Positions 55,493 through 64,000 of a stretch of DNA of 64,000 nt are shown piece by piece (the first letter of the stretch is position 1; each line of letters opens with the position of its first letter). Both the position numbers and the translations under genes were made by a program. The notes under the pieces are model-generated. The model was not told where the DNA came from and did not search any database. It saw nothing but the letters and a program-made list of their open reading frames with translations. Source of the DNA: a virus (lineage: Duplodnaviria > Caudoviricetes); IMG/VR virus record IMGVR_UViG_3300023259_000001, positions 1-64,000 of that record; one strand, written 5' to 3'.

Positions 55493-55989
55493 GCCGTCTC
55501 CCCCTCGCCCGCTCGCCCCATCGCCCGCTCGCTTTCTTCCCACTGCTCCCGTGTCAATTCGTATGCTACCAGACCCGGGAACCAGTTTTTGAGCCGCATC
55601 CCCACGCGCTTGTTGAACGCACGGGCCGGGTAATTCGTGGCTTTCACCAGCCCAATGATGTAAGCATAGCCTTCCTGCCCGAGTATGATCGCCATCACCT
55701 GCCGGGCCGCCTCGTCCAGGTACCCTTTACCCCAAGCCCAGCGCGCGCTGACCACGTAAGCCTGGAGGGCCATCGTACCGCAGTCTTCCATAATGATGGC
55801 GCCGGCGAGCGAGCCGTCGTCTGAGCGCACGGCCCAACTGCGAGACGCCCCCAGCCGTTCGCGCATCTGCGCCTCGAACGTAGGCCAGTCGGCTGGGAAT
55901 TCCGGCGCGCGCGCGATCGCGGGGACCGACGCCAGCCACTGGTAGAGATCTGGGATTGATTCGAGGGGGAACGGTTCGGAGATGGTCAT
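55489..55989 (-). CDS. GNAT acetyltransferase (P22 gp14 position)
   Basis: RWAWGKGY motif A, N.PARAFNKRVGM motif B. Confidence 0.8.
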   Translation of the reverse strand: MTISEPFPLESIPDLYQWLASVPAIARAPEFPADWPTFEAQMRERLGASRSWAVRSDDGSLAGAIIMEDCGTMALQAYVVSARWAWGKGYLDEAARQVMAIILGQEGYAYIIGLVKATNYPARAFNKRVGMRLKNWFPGLVAYELTREQWEESERAMGRAGEGETA

Positions 55990-56180
55990 CTGGACCCCAT
56001 CGACCGGCCCAGCCAGCCGCCGGCTGCGCCCGCTAATCCTTCCGCCCCGGGCCAGCCCAGCTTCCACATTGCGAGGGCCACGGCCAGGGCGATGAAGCTG
56101 ATTACGACGTGCCCGGCTTCGCGTTCGACGAAATCAGCCAGGGAGAATTCCCCGGAGACGAGCAGCAGATTGATTTTCAT
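55986..56180 (-). CDS. Small membrane protein
   Basis: Two hydrophobic segments. Confidence 0.55.
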   Translation of the reverse strand: MKINLLLVSGEFSLADFVEREAGHVVISFIALAVALAMWKLGWPGAEGLAGAAGGWLGRSMGSR

Positions 56181-56341
56181 AATGCGCAATAGATCCCGTG
56201 GCATCCGTAGCCCACAGCCACAGGGCGTCCTCATAGTTGAAATCGAAGTCGTCACAGCCCGTCTCCGTGTCGATTGAGTTGGGCGTGTCCATGAGGCAAT
56301 CCCCGGCAATGTGAGCAATCTAAAGCGGCGGTTTCGATTAC

Positions 56342-57784
56342 TCACTGCAGGTAAGGGCGCGGCGCTGGAGGCGATCCACCCGCCGCCGCTTGCGACTGGA
56401 GTGCCCCTATATCCAGGTATCCGGTACCAAACGGAGTCACGCCAGGGAATCCCGCAGCCTTGAGCGCCGCGCCGCCGCCCACTGTCGAGTTGAGCGCAAA
56501 GTTTGGTGTGGCTGTGTTAGTAAAAGGATTTGCCGTAAGGGTGACATCACTCGAATTGATGCCCGCTACCCAGTTTGTATATGGGGCTGTGCTTTGATTC
56601 CCGTAAGCATTCGATTGAGAAAACGCCATTGCTGGAACCCCTCCCCCGAACGAAACGCCGTAAGTGCCTCCCCAGAAAATGTTATTCTCGATGATCGCCG
56701 CTGCTGGGGAACTGGACGGCGGATCGTAGACGTTTTCATTCGTTTGCCCATAAAAGTCGTTTCCTATCAGTATGAGCGAAAGCAATCCTCTGGCTTGAGC
56801 GTAAACCCCCCGGCCGTTTCCATTGAAAACATTGCCCTGGATAATCCACCGCTGGGAGTTGCTGAAATTTGAGTCATAAACGCCCGCCGCCCCTCCGGTG
56901 AAGTAGTTGTTAAGCACCACTACTGGAGCATTATTGCCCCCCGAATCATTGACACCGTATGCCGTGGAATTCAGCAAAAACCTTGAGTTCATAACGAGTT
57001 CGGATATGTCAGTGCGCCCGTCGAAGTTATTGACGGCATATCCCGCAGCTACGGCAGTAAGGTCGAAGATGCAGCCGTAGATAACCGTTCTTTGGTTGCT
57101 CCCATTCGCTACGATGCTCCCACTTGCCGCACCAGTGAAGGACATGCGTAAATTGATGAGCCTATCCGAAGAATTCCCCTCTCCTAAACTGAAGATGGAG
57201 GTAGAAGCGGTTGAAGTTGTGATTAAGGGCGGTGTGCCGAAATCACCATGCGTCGCTGCATACCCCTCGTACGTCTCTCCATTCTGGCTGTTAGTTATCA
57301 CGCTGGTGACTACGTAGGTACCGCTCTTTATCCAAATGGTGTTGCCGCCTGTTGCCTGTGGCGGGCTTGCATTTGCATGGGCTATTGTCAGAAAACTGCC
57401 GCCAAGCACCGCCGTGCAGACGCTTGCCGCCGTGCCTAGGCTTCGATCCACCGTTGCCGTGATCGTGGCATTCGACAGGATCTCAAAGGTTCCCGTGGTG
57501 CATCCCGTGCCCCCCGTGATAACCAGGGTGTTGCCAGGGAGCGCCGAGGAAACCACGTTCAAGACGCTGGTGTAGGTTGAGGTGGTGGCTCCTACCACCA
57601 GATCGGTGTACGTGATTTGAGGCGAGTTCTGTTGACTGTAATCCGTCCCAGGTACGGAGACGCCAGGGTCGAAGCCCCCGGAGTTGGAATCGCTGCCCGT
57701 GGTGCGGACATCCCATTGCATTGTTGCCGAGATGCCCCCGAAGGCAGGCAGTGCCAGGGCGAGAAGCAGAATCAGTTTACGCAT
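56342..57784 (-). CDS. Right-handed beta-helix (pectin lyase-like/tailspike-like) protein with signal peptide
   Basis: N/G/I-rich repeats (IIQGNVFNGNGRG, IENNIFWG); MRKLILLLALALPAFG N-terminus. Confidence 0.75.
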   Translation of the reverse strand: MRKLILLLALALPAFGGISATMQWDVRTTGSDSNSGGFDPGVSVPGTDYSQQNSPQITYTDLVVGATTSTYTSVLNVVSSALPGNTLVITGGTGCTTGTFEILSNATITATVDRSLGTAASVCTAVLGGSFLTIAHANASPPQATGGNTIWIKSGTYVVTSVITNSQNGETYEGYAATHGDFGTPPLITTSTASTSIFSLGEGNSSDRLINLRMSFTGAASGSIVANGSNQRTVIYGCIFDLTAVAAGYAVNNFDGRTDISELVMNSRFLLNSTAYGVNDSGGNNAPVVVLNNYFTGGAAGVYDSNFSNSQRWIIQGNVFNGNGRGVYAQARGLLSLILIGNDFYGQTNENVYDPPSSSPAAAIIENNIFWGGTYGVSFGGGVPAMAFSQSNAYGNQSTAPYTNWVAGINSSDVTLTANPFTNTATPNFALNSTVGGGAALKAAGFPGVTPFGTGYLDIGALQSQAAAGGSPPAPRPYLQ

Positions 57785-57785
57785 G

Positions 57786-58775
57786 TCAGTTGGCCGCCAC
57801 TTTCAGTTCGATTTGCAGGCCGGTCACCGTCGATGGGCTGGTCAGGTAGAAGCAAAACCAGGAGTCAGCCGTAACCGTCGTGGTCCACCCGGTCAGGGTG
57901 GTGTCGCCACCAGCGCCATTCTGCGTTGCCGAGGACAGCGCCGGGGTGTCGGACGCCGTAATTGTGCTGGTGCTCGCCGGTCCCGTCCAACTCGCCAGCG
58001 CCACGGTGCGGACGTCCACGGTTGCCGAGCCGGAAGGATAGCCTGCGAGCAGTGCGCGCACGATGGTGCCTGAGAACGGGACCTCCACACAAGACTGAGC
58101 CGCTGCCGATAGCGCCGTGGCCGTCGAGGTCATGTCTCCAAAGCTGGTGCCGATGGTGCGAATCTTCTGGTTTGTCGTAGAAACCGGGAGCGCCACGGCG
58201 GTGTAGCATGGGTTCGGCGAGCCGCCGGTGGTGTACTCTACAATCTGTCCATTGGTCGGGGTATACCCGGAGCAAAACGTCACGCCATCCAGGCCAATTA
58301 CGGTAAACACGCCAGCGTTCGTCAGGCCGAGATCGCCCGAAGCCGCCACATCGGCGGGAAGGTTGGACCCGTTGCCGACGTAAATGTGCGCCGAAGTCAG
58401 GGCGGCCGCGATGGGCTGTAGGCTGCTGTTCGAGCCGAGAACTTTCGCGGAGGTCGGGACCGCTCCGCCATTTACTTTCGCGACGCCGGGATTCGGATAC
58501 GAGCCGGAAAGGTCGCCGCCTGCAGACCCACTCGGTGGACCGCCAGAGCCTGGGCCGATCAGCGTCCACGTATTCGTCGCCGTGCACACGTTGAGTCCCT
58601 TTGTTGCTCCCGACGTCGTAACCTGATACTGCTGTCCGACCGTGCAGGTGGCGGGGAGCGTCGCGCCGACGACAACGCCGGAGCCGCCCCCGCCCTGGCC
58701 AGGGTTCACGACTTGGGCGCGCATGCCCAGCGCCCCGAACAGTAGGAGCAAGGCGATAAGGTTGGATGTTTTCAT
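57786..58775 (-). CDS. Fibre-like protein with signal peptide
   Basis: MKTSNLIALLLLFGALGMRA/Q; GGDLSGSYPNP motif; beta-rich C-domain. Confidence 0.65.
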   Translation of the reverse strand: MKTSNLIALLLLFGALGMRAQVVNPGQGGGGSGVVVGATLPATCTVGQQYQVTTSGATKGLNVCTATNTWTLIGPGSGGPPSGSAGGDLSGSYPNPGVAKVNGGAVPTSAKVLGSNSSLQPIAAALTSAHIYVGNGSNLPADVAASGDLGLTNAGVFTVIGLDGVTFCSGYTPTNGQIVEYTTGGSPNPCYTAVALPVSTTNQKIRTIGTSFGDMTSTATALSAAAQSCVEVPFSGTIVRALLAGYPSGSATVDVRTVALASWTGPASTSTITASDTPALSSATQNGAGGDTTLTGWTTTVTADSWFCFYLTSPSTVTGLQIELKVAAN

Positions 58776-58779
58776 TTGG

Positions 58780-59865
58780 CTATCCGGTCCATCCTGAGTT
58801 GGTGACTGTAGTTGCGCCAGCCGGGGGGCAGATGGCAATCGAGCAATTCACGGTTGCCGTAGCTCCGGGCGTATCCGTTACGGTGATCGAGAACAGGAAC
58901 TTGTCCGCCGTCGTAGGCGTGCCGCTGATTACCCCGGTGCTGGTGTTGAGAGTGAGCCCCGGCGGCAGAATCCCGCCCGTCAAGGCGTACGTGTACGGCG
59001 GCGTCCCTCCGGCTGCCACGATGCCATGGCCCAAGCCTCCAGGCCCGTACGCGACTCCAATCGTGCCGTTTGGCGGGTTGTCGCAGTCGGCTTGCGGCGG
59101 TCCTCCAAGGTAGGGAAAATCACCGTAAGCCAAGCAGCCTGCGCAACCTGGGTCAGACGACCCGCCACCTGTCGGCTCAAAAGTCGTATTGATGAGCGTG
59201 CCGACCGCCCCCATCGTGAAGTACGGCGCCGTCGGGTTGTAGGGGTTGTAGTTCCCGCCAACCAGGAAGACATCGAGAAACTGGTTCACGAGCGCCAACG
59301 CGACGACGCTGGAATGGCACCGCGCGTTGTTAACCCCTACCGGAGTCATGGTCAGAATCACCACCCCGGTGTCGGAGCAATCCGCCCCGCCTATGGCTCC
59401 GTTGCTTGCCAACGCGCGGAATTCCATGGAAGAGTCGGCCACGCTGTAGCTGTTAAGCCGTTGACTTACCAAGGCTACCCCCGAAAATGCGAGGCCGGTG
59501 CCCCACACTTGGTAGAGGTCTGGGACTTCAAATTCGGCGACGATGACGCTAGGGCCGCTGTTGAAGCCCCCGCCCCCGCCCCACCCGTTGAATGTCACCG
59601 TGCAACTCCCGCCTACGATCTGTTGGGCGGCGTACAAAAAGCTGTTAGACGCGACATTCGTGATGTACCCTGCCCCCTGCGAATAGGCGGCATAGGTATT
59701 GCCTAAACTGTCGGTGACGCCCGTGGGGTAGGTGAAACCGTACCCGTTCGGATATGCCCCAAAAAATGCGACGACTAGATTCCCGTAGGCGACCGGGCTT
59801 GCAAAAGTGGCTGAGCCGCTCCCGATGGACTTGGCCGTCTGCACGAGATTGAATGAGGCGCTCAT
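58780..59865 (-). CDS. Beta-rich virion/adhesin-like protein with He_PIG Ig-like domain
   Basis: GGTPPYTYALTGGILPPGLTLNTSTGVISGTPT. Confidence 0.75.
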   Translation of the reverse strand: MSASFNLVQTAKSIGSGSATFASPVAYGNLVVAFFGAYPNGYGFTYPTGVTDSLGNTYAAYSQGAGYITNVASNSFLYAAQQIVGGSCTVTFNGWGGGGGFNSGPSVIVAEFEVPDLYQVWGTGLAFSGVALVSQRLNSYSVADSSMEFRALASNGAIGGADCSDTGVVILTMTPVGVNNARCHSSVVALALVNQFLDVFLVGGNYNPYNPTAPYFTMGAVGTLINTTFEPTGGGSSDPGCAGCLAYGDFPYLGGPPQADCDNPPNGTIGVAYGPGGLGHGIVAAGGTPPYTYALTGGILPPGLTLNTSTGVISGTPTTADKFLFSITVTDTPGATATVNCSIAICPPAGATTVTNSGWTG

Positions 59866-60620
59866 CCCTGGGTGGAAATCAGTAGGCCGATCACGGCGGT
59901 ATAGAGTTGGGCTGGCGGCGCCGCCGGCAGCGGAGATGCCTGAAACTCAACGAAATTCAAGGCGTGCGGATAGCCTACGGTGCAGTCCGTAACGGCTCCC
60001 GTTTCGAGCGTCCCCGTGTCTTCATACTGGATGCGCACGGCTGGGAGCACCCCCACGTAGTAGCTCGGGTACAAAGCCACCGACCACGTGCGCGCGATTC
60101 CGCTGCTGTCGCTGGAAGTGGTGTTGAGAAATGCCAGGAGGGTCGAATACCAGACTCCTCCGGAGGCGTTGTACATCGACTCCATGGTCAACGCAGATCC
60201 AGCGCTATAAGTGCCCTCAACGCCGTTGCCAGCTAACGCCGCTTGCAATACCTGGAAGCCGATATTGCATGGAAAGCAGCCCGCTGGCGCGTACTCCAGG
60301 ATTGTGAGCACCGGGGCCTGGGAGCCGCCAATGGGAGCAACGAGTCCAGCCACTGTAACAGTGTTTCCCCCAGGCTTCAGGCTTGGGCAAACAAAGAGAG
60401 TCGAATAGCCAAAGTTGCTGAAATACCCAGGAAATTCATACCAGACGTTCCCATTCGTATCCGTGCAGCCGGATGGCCCCGCTCCCGTATCCGCGGTGAT
60501 CCAGGCGATGCCGATATTCCGCGCCGTGTTGTTCGAAGGGAAGGCACAGGGCAAGGCAAGGCCAGACCCCGCTACTGCGTAGTACGCGACGTTGGCTTGG
60601 ACGAACGTGACGCCCGGCAT
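59862..60620 (-). CDS. Beta-rich protein related to the N-domain of 58780-59865
   Basis: Shared ..N..(V/I)..TD(S/T).GN.(Y/W) pattern. Confidence 0.6.
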   Translation of the reverse strand: MPGVTFVQANVAYYAVAGSGLALPCAFPSNNTARNIGIAWITADTGAGPSGCTDTNGNVWYEFPGYFSNFGYSTLFVCPSLKPGGNTVTVAGLVAPIGGSQAPVLTILEYAPAGCFPCNIGFQVLQAALAGNGVEGTYSAGSALTMESMYNASGGVWYSTLLAFLNTTSSDSSGIARTWSVALYPSYYVGVLPAVRIQYEDTGTLETGAVTDCTVGYPHALNFVEFQASPLPAAPPAQLYTAVIGLLISTQG

Positions 60621-61112
60621 TTAGGCCAGCTTCCCGCGCAGTTCGGCGAGCGCGCTCTTTTCCAGGTGCGAGATTTGGCCGGGCGTGACGTTGAAGGCGC
60701 GGCCCACCTCTTCCTGTGTCTGCTCGTCGTAGTAGCGCATTCGAATGACTTTGGCGAGCCGGGGCGGCAAACTGTCCACCGCGCTGCGGATCTCGGCGTG
60801 GAGTACTTCGGTCTCCTGATTGGCGTCCGTGCAGCGGCCGCGGCCTTCGTCCGATACGAATTGCGGCTGGGCTGAACCCGCGCGCTGCACTTCGTCCTCG
60901 CCGCGCAACTCGTCGATCACGCGCTGGCGGATGCGCCTCCACAGGAAGCCCCTGCGGTCGAAGCGGGCAGGGTCCCAGGTGGGGATTGCCTTCAGCAGCG
61001 CCACGTAAGCGCAACTGGCCAAGTCGTCGTCGGTGACGCGGAAAGGGATGCTCTTGCGTATCGAGCGGCCCGCGCCGCGCGCCAGGGCGATGTCCTCGGC
61101 TGTGATTGTCAC
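60621..61112 (-). CDS. Minimal FliA/WhiG-like sigma-70 factor (regions 2 and 4)
   Basis: DLASCAYVALLKAIPTWDP..IRQRVIDELR; LPPRLAKVIRMRYYDEQTQEEVGRAFNVTPGQISHLEKSALAELR. Confidence 0.85.
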   Translation of the reverse strand: MTITAEDIALARGAGRSIRKSIPFRVTDDDLASCAYVALLKAIPTWDPARFDRRGFLWRRIRQRVIDELRGEDEVQRAGSAQPQFVSDEGRGRCTDANQETEVLHAEIRSAVDSLPPRLAKVIRMRYYDEQTQEEVGRAFNVTPGQISHLEKSALAELRGKLA

Positions 61113-61474
61113 GGGGTGACTTCGAGGGTGCGATCCGATGCGCTGGACACATTCAGGCGCGTCAACTGCGGCATGATGATGCAGCCCTCCGATGCGCTTT
61201 GATCGTGGCGCGAATTGTCGCCGTGCATGAAGAAGCCGCTTCGCCCGTGCATTTCGTTGCTCGGGTCCGGAGTCAGCGGCATAGCCAGCGGGCCAAGGTG
61301 GTCGGGCGGATTCAGCGGATGGCCGACGGTGTAGATGCCTTGCGGCAGTGGCCCGCGGTCGATCACGTCCTGCATAGCCGGGTTGTTCAACCCCGCGCCA
61401 TTTCCTGAATAGCCCGTGCCGAGCACCGCGCCGTCGTCGCCGGTCAGTTGCCCGGTGGTCTGCGAGTACTTCAT
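61109..61474 (-). CDS. Tlde1/DUF2778 L,D-transpeptidase-fold protein
   Basis: GYSGNG..NNP..GPLPQGIY; GRSGFFMHGD..ASEGCII. Confidence 0.85.
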   Translation of the reverse strand: MKYSQTTGQLTGDDGAVLGTGYSGNGAGLNNPAMQDVIDRGPLPQGIYTVGHPLNPPDHLGPLAMPLTPDPSNEMHGRSGFFMHGDNSRHDQSASEGCIIMPQLTRLNVSSASDRTLEVTP

Positions 61475-62130
61475 AACGTGTTGAACTCCGGGTCGATAAC
61501 CGCAGTCGGACCAAGGATCTGCGTGCACGCCTTGTACAGCTTCATCCGCACCAGGTCCGCCGGCGACGTCGCCGAGAAGTCGCGATGCAGCGCCACCCCG
61601 GAGTTTTCGAAGATCGCCGTATCGTAGGCGCTACAGAACATGCGCCGGTAGGTCTCGCTCTGACACACGCGCGCGCCGATGAACGGGATGCTGCGCCAGA
61701 GGTAGGCGAAGTAGCCGGGGATGTCGTACTTGACGCTGCCGTTTTCGCACTTCGCGATGAAGGCCGTGAACTTGGTCCAGTCGATCTGGGCGCGCACTTC
61801 GTCGGAAATCGCTAGGTGCCAGGCGCAGGAGCCGGCCGCGGCATAATCTACGGTGAGAACCTGTTCCAGCGGGTGCGTCTGCGGCCCCGAAATCTTCTTC
61901 TTGGTGACCGGATCGGTGAAGATGGTCGACTCCGTGACCCAGATCGCGGGCGACGGCTGTTTCGCCGCTTGCGGCCACGCCAACTGCTTCCTAACCATCG
62001 CCACATGCGATAGCTTCGATCCCGTGTAGCCGTCGATGATAAAGCTCAGCGGCGCGCGGCCGGCGAAAGCAATCACGTCGCCTGGCAGCATGTTCGGCGC
62101 CGCGGCGCGGTATTGGGTGAGGTCGTTCAT
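61471..62130 (-). CDS. Permuted papain-like NlpC/P60 (YiiX/YaeF-type) hydrolase
   Basis: LPGDVIAF, SHVAM (His) before FCSAY (Cys), TSPADL. Confidence 0.8.
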   Translation of the reverse strand: MNDLTQYRAAAPNMLPGDVIAFAGRAPLSFIIDGYTGSKLSHVAMVRKQLAWPQAAKQPSPAIWVTESTIFTDPVTKKKISGPQTHPLEQVLTVDYAAAGSCAWHLAISDEVRAQIDWTKFTAFIAKCENGSVKYDIPGYFAYLWRSIPFIGARVCQSETYRRMFCSAYDTAIFENSGVALHRDFSATSPADLVRMKLYKACTQILGPTAVIDPEFNTL

Positions 62131-62363
62131 TTGTTCTTCCAGGGCGCGTCTGCCATAAAGCATTGGCCGTCCGCGCGGGCGGCCCATTCGACGTTCGGGT
62201 GCGAATCGGCCCAACACGTTGCCGGGGCCGTATCTTCCTGCGGGTGGCGATAGCGGTGGATGCCGTCGGGCACACGGTGAGTGCATGCGGCGATGGCGGA
62301 AAGCGCCAACATGAGTCCGATGCAGCCTTTACGCCGGAGTTGCAGTTTCGTCATTGGGGCCAT
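62127..62363 (-). CDS. Small lipoprotein (o-spanin-like position)
   Basis: Lipobox-like SAIAAC. Confidence 0.55.
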   Translation of the reverse strand: MAPMTKLQLRRKGCIGLMLALSAIAACTHRVPDGIHRYRHPQEDTAPATCWADSHPNVEWAARADGQCFMADAPWKNK

Positions 62364-62572
62364 TCTCCTGACGTTTCGACATCGCGCCAGAGCTTCGAGA
62401 GCAACTTGGCCTGCTTCACGTCGAATACGTGCTGCCGCAGCTTGCCGTCGAAATTCACCAACTCGCGGCCGAAGCGGTTCATGCGATCGGCGAATAGATC
62501 GCCCGACTCGACGGCACGCGCCGGCGCGGCGATAATCGCCAGGGCGAGCGCGGCGCGGCGCGTCATCGTCAT
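62351..62572 (-). CDS. Small exported protein
   Basis: TRRAALALAIIAAPARA, twin-Arg-like leader. Confidence 0.5.
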   Translation of the reverse strand: MTMTRRAALALAIIAAPARAVESGDLFADRMNRFGRELVNFDGKLRQHVFDVKQAKLLSKLWRDVETSGEWPQ

Positions 62573-62949
62573 ACGCCGAAGGTCATTTTGATCGGGACAT
62601 TGAAGCTCTGCACCGTTCCAGACGAAGACGAAGGAGCCGCTGCGCCGGCGATGCTGGCGGGCGCCTGCAACGTGCCAGCTTGCTTCATCTGGGAGAGCAC
62701 GGCTTCGATAATTGCCGTGATCTCGGTGTCGGTGGGCGGCACCACGGGGGCGACTCCCGATGCTGAGAGGGGGTCGAGGAGCGCTTTGATCCCGCCGAGG
62801 ACCCAGGACAATTTCGATTGGCCCGATAGCGGCTTGCTGAAAATGGTTTCGGCACGACCGATCAGGCTGGACACGAGCGGGCCGAGGGTGCCGACCGCGA
62901 ATTGCACGGCGGTAAGGACTGCGGGGATTGCGACTACGGCTGCTGCCAT
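62569..62949 (-). CDS. Holin-like protein
   Basis: Hydrophobic N-terminus, GQSKLSWV, AIIEAVLSQMK. Confidence 0.5.
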   Translation of the reverse strand: MAAAVVAIPAVLTAVQFAVGTLGPLVSSLIGRAETIFSKPLSGQSKLSWVLGGIKALLDPLSASGVAPVVPPTDTEITAIIEAVLSQMKQAGTLQAPASIAGAAAPSSSSGTVQSFNVPIKMTFGV

Positions 62950-63110
62950 TTAACTTGCTCCTTGTTGCGTCTCTCGCATCTTCTTGTCGGCACAAGGCGT
63001 ACACGCCGGCCGCGGTGTGCCGATCAAACTCGGGTAAACGGTATCGGCCGGCTTCCCACAGAACTGGCACCGCCTCATGGTATTCGGCTTGTCGCTGCAG
63101 CACCCCATCG

Positions 63111-63599
63111 CTACCCCTGCGTTTCAAGCACTGCCGTAAACCGCCAATCCGATGAGCCAGACGTGATGTCGATCGAGAAAACATCGTTGTACGCGACCGG
63201 CAGTGGCGAGGTGGTCAGGTTTGTGAATTGGAATACCGTGTCTGCTGCCGTGTTGGCCGGGATGGTGGGGTCCGCCAGAAAGATATCGGACGGGTCATTC
63301 GCCAGGCCGGTGGCAAGCAGCGGAGCCTGATTGATGCGGAACGTCAATGCCACCGACGGGTCCGAGGCCTGGATAACGACGGTTACCACGTTCGCGCTTG
63401 CAGCCCGCGGCGCCGGCAGCATCGGCCCGACGTTGGTTCCTGTCGCCCCGCTGTTCATGATGAAGCCGACGACTACCGTTGGGCCGCCCCCCTGGTTCTG
63501 GAAATACAGGTTCCAGGGCTGCGTCATGTTGCCCTGCGCGTCGAACATGGGCGTGCGGAGAGGCGCCAGGCGGTAGGTGGGTTGGGTGCCGAGGGCCAT
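63111..63599 (-). CDS. Tail protein at the gp26 position
   Basis: PLRTPMFDAQGNMTQPWNLYF N-terminal motif typical of the gene after gp10. Confidence 0.55.
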   Translation of the reverse strand: MALGTQPTYRLAPLRTPMFDAQGNMTQPWNLYFQNQGGGPTVVVGFIMNSGATGTNVGPMLPAPRAASANVVTVVIQASDPSVALTFRINQAPLLATGLANDPSDIFLADPTIPANTAADTVFQFTNLTTSPLPVAYNDVFSIDITSGSSDWRFTAVLETQG

Positions 63600-63737
63600 G
63601 GGAGTTGTCAGTCGCGGTATGCTGGGAGAGCCATGCGTGGCAGGCTCCGCGGCGTTGATCTGAAGCTGGCGCTTCCGCTGTCTTATGTGGCGGTGGTGGA
63701 CGGTTCGATTCCGCCACGCCGCTTCGGAGCCAGCTTC

Positions 63738-64000
63738 TTATTCCCCGCCTGGCTCGCCGTCCATGAAGGCGTTCGTAATCGAAATCAACGCCGTCGCGCT
63801 GATGATCGTAATCCTCGGCACAATATCCCAGGCCCAGCCCAGACGTCTCCAGCGCAGGCGCGTGGAGTAGCCCGATACGTTGGGAGCGTTCGCGTTCGGC
63901 GCAGCCAGAGCCGTCAGCGCTTGCGCGTTCATGAAGGTGTGGCCGTGATCCTTCGAATAGTCGAAGGTCATAGTTACGTCCGCTTCCCCGACGTCCATTT
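63738..64000 (-). CDS. Packaged-DNA stabilisation protein, P22 gp10-like (C-terminal part)
   Basis: YSKDHGHTF..YSTRLRWRRLG..WD. Confidence 0.7.
   Translation of the reverse strand, partial: MDVGEADVTMTFDYSKDHGHTFMNAQALTALAAPNANAPNVSGYSTRLRWRRLGWAWDIVPRITIISATALISITNAFMDGEPGGE

Larger units (their letters stand above)
1..64000. mobile_element. Phage genome segment, P22-like head-tail module, circularly permuted (portal/capsid outside window)
   Basis: P22-type TerL/TerS, gp10-, gp7-, gp20- and gp16-position genes, phage replication/MTase/HNH genes, dense 1-4 nt stop/start overlaps, no host core genes. Confidence 0.92.

Noticed and set aside
1-64000. CRISPR array
   Set aside because: No regularly spaced repeat-spacer series and no cas genes; the repeats found are dispersed

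Overview
The whole window (GC-rich, no host housekeeping genes) is a large phage genome with P22-like (podovirus-type) morphogenesis. A leftward late block runs 63998->37123: gp10-like stabilisation protein, lysis-like genes, a sigma factor, fibre/spike-like proteins, GNAT, sulfotransferase, and three ejection proteins including a 4827-aa polyvalent DarB-like giant. Early/replication/DNA-modification genes lie at 12225-36956 (two rightward blocks around one leftward block). A second leftward block at 11200->1 holds a LuxR-type regulator, NusG paralogue, FimB/FimE-like recombinase, GT-B glycosyltransferase and terminase subunits. Portal, capsid and scaffold genes are absent and would lie off both edges, which implies a circularly permuted genome. 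The host is probably Acidobacteriota (inference). Strongest observations: (1) 52-bp inverted repeats (50/52 identical) exactly bracket the 16.5-kb gp20-like plus giant cassette, and the same repeat family marks module junctions inside the giant, suggesting an inversion/domain-shuffling system; (2) an HNH endonuclease gene is fully nested out of frame inside an unbroken DUF5131 gene; (3) a divergent pair of LuxR-HTH paralogues share a C-terminal HxxGCxCxxx[FY]C motif; (4) the giant carries an Acb1-like 2H phosphoesterase and an apparently circularly permuted histidine phosphatase. All family calls come from motif recognition by eye; no database search was run.
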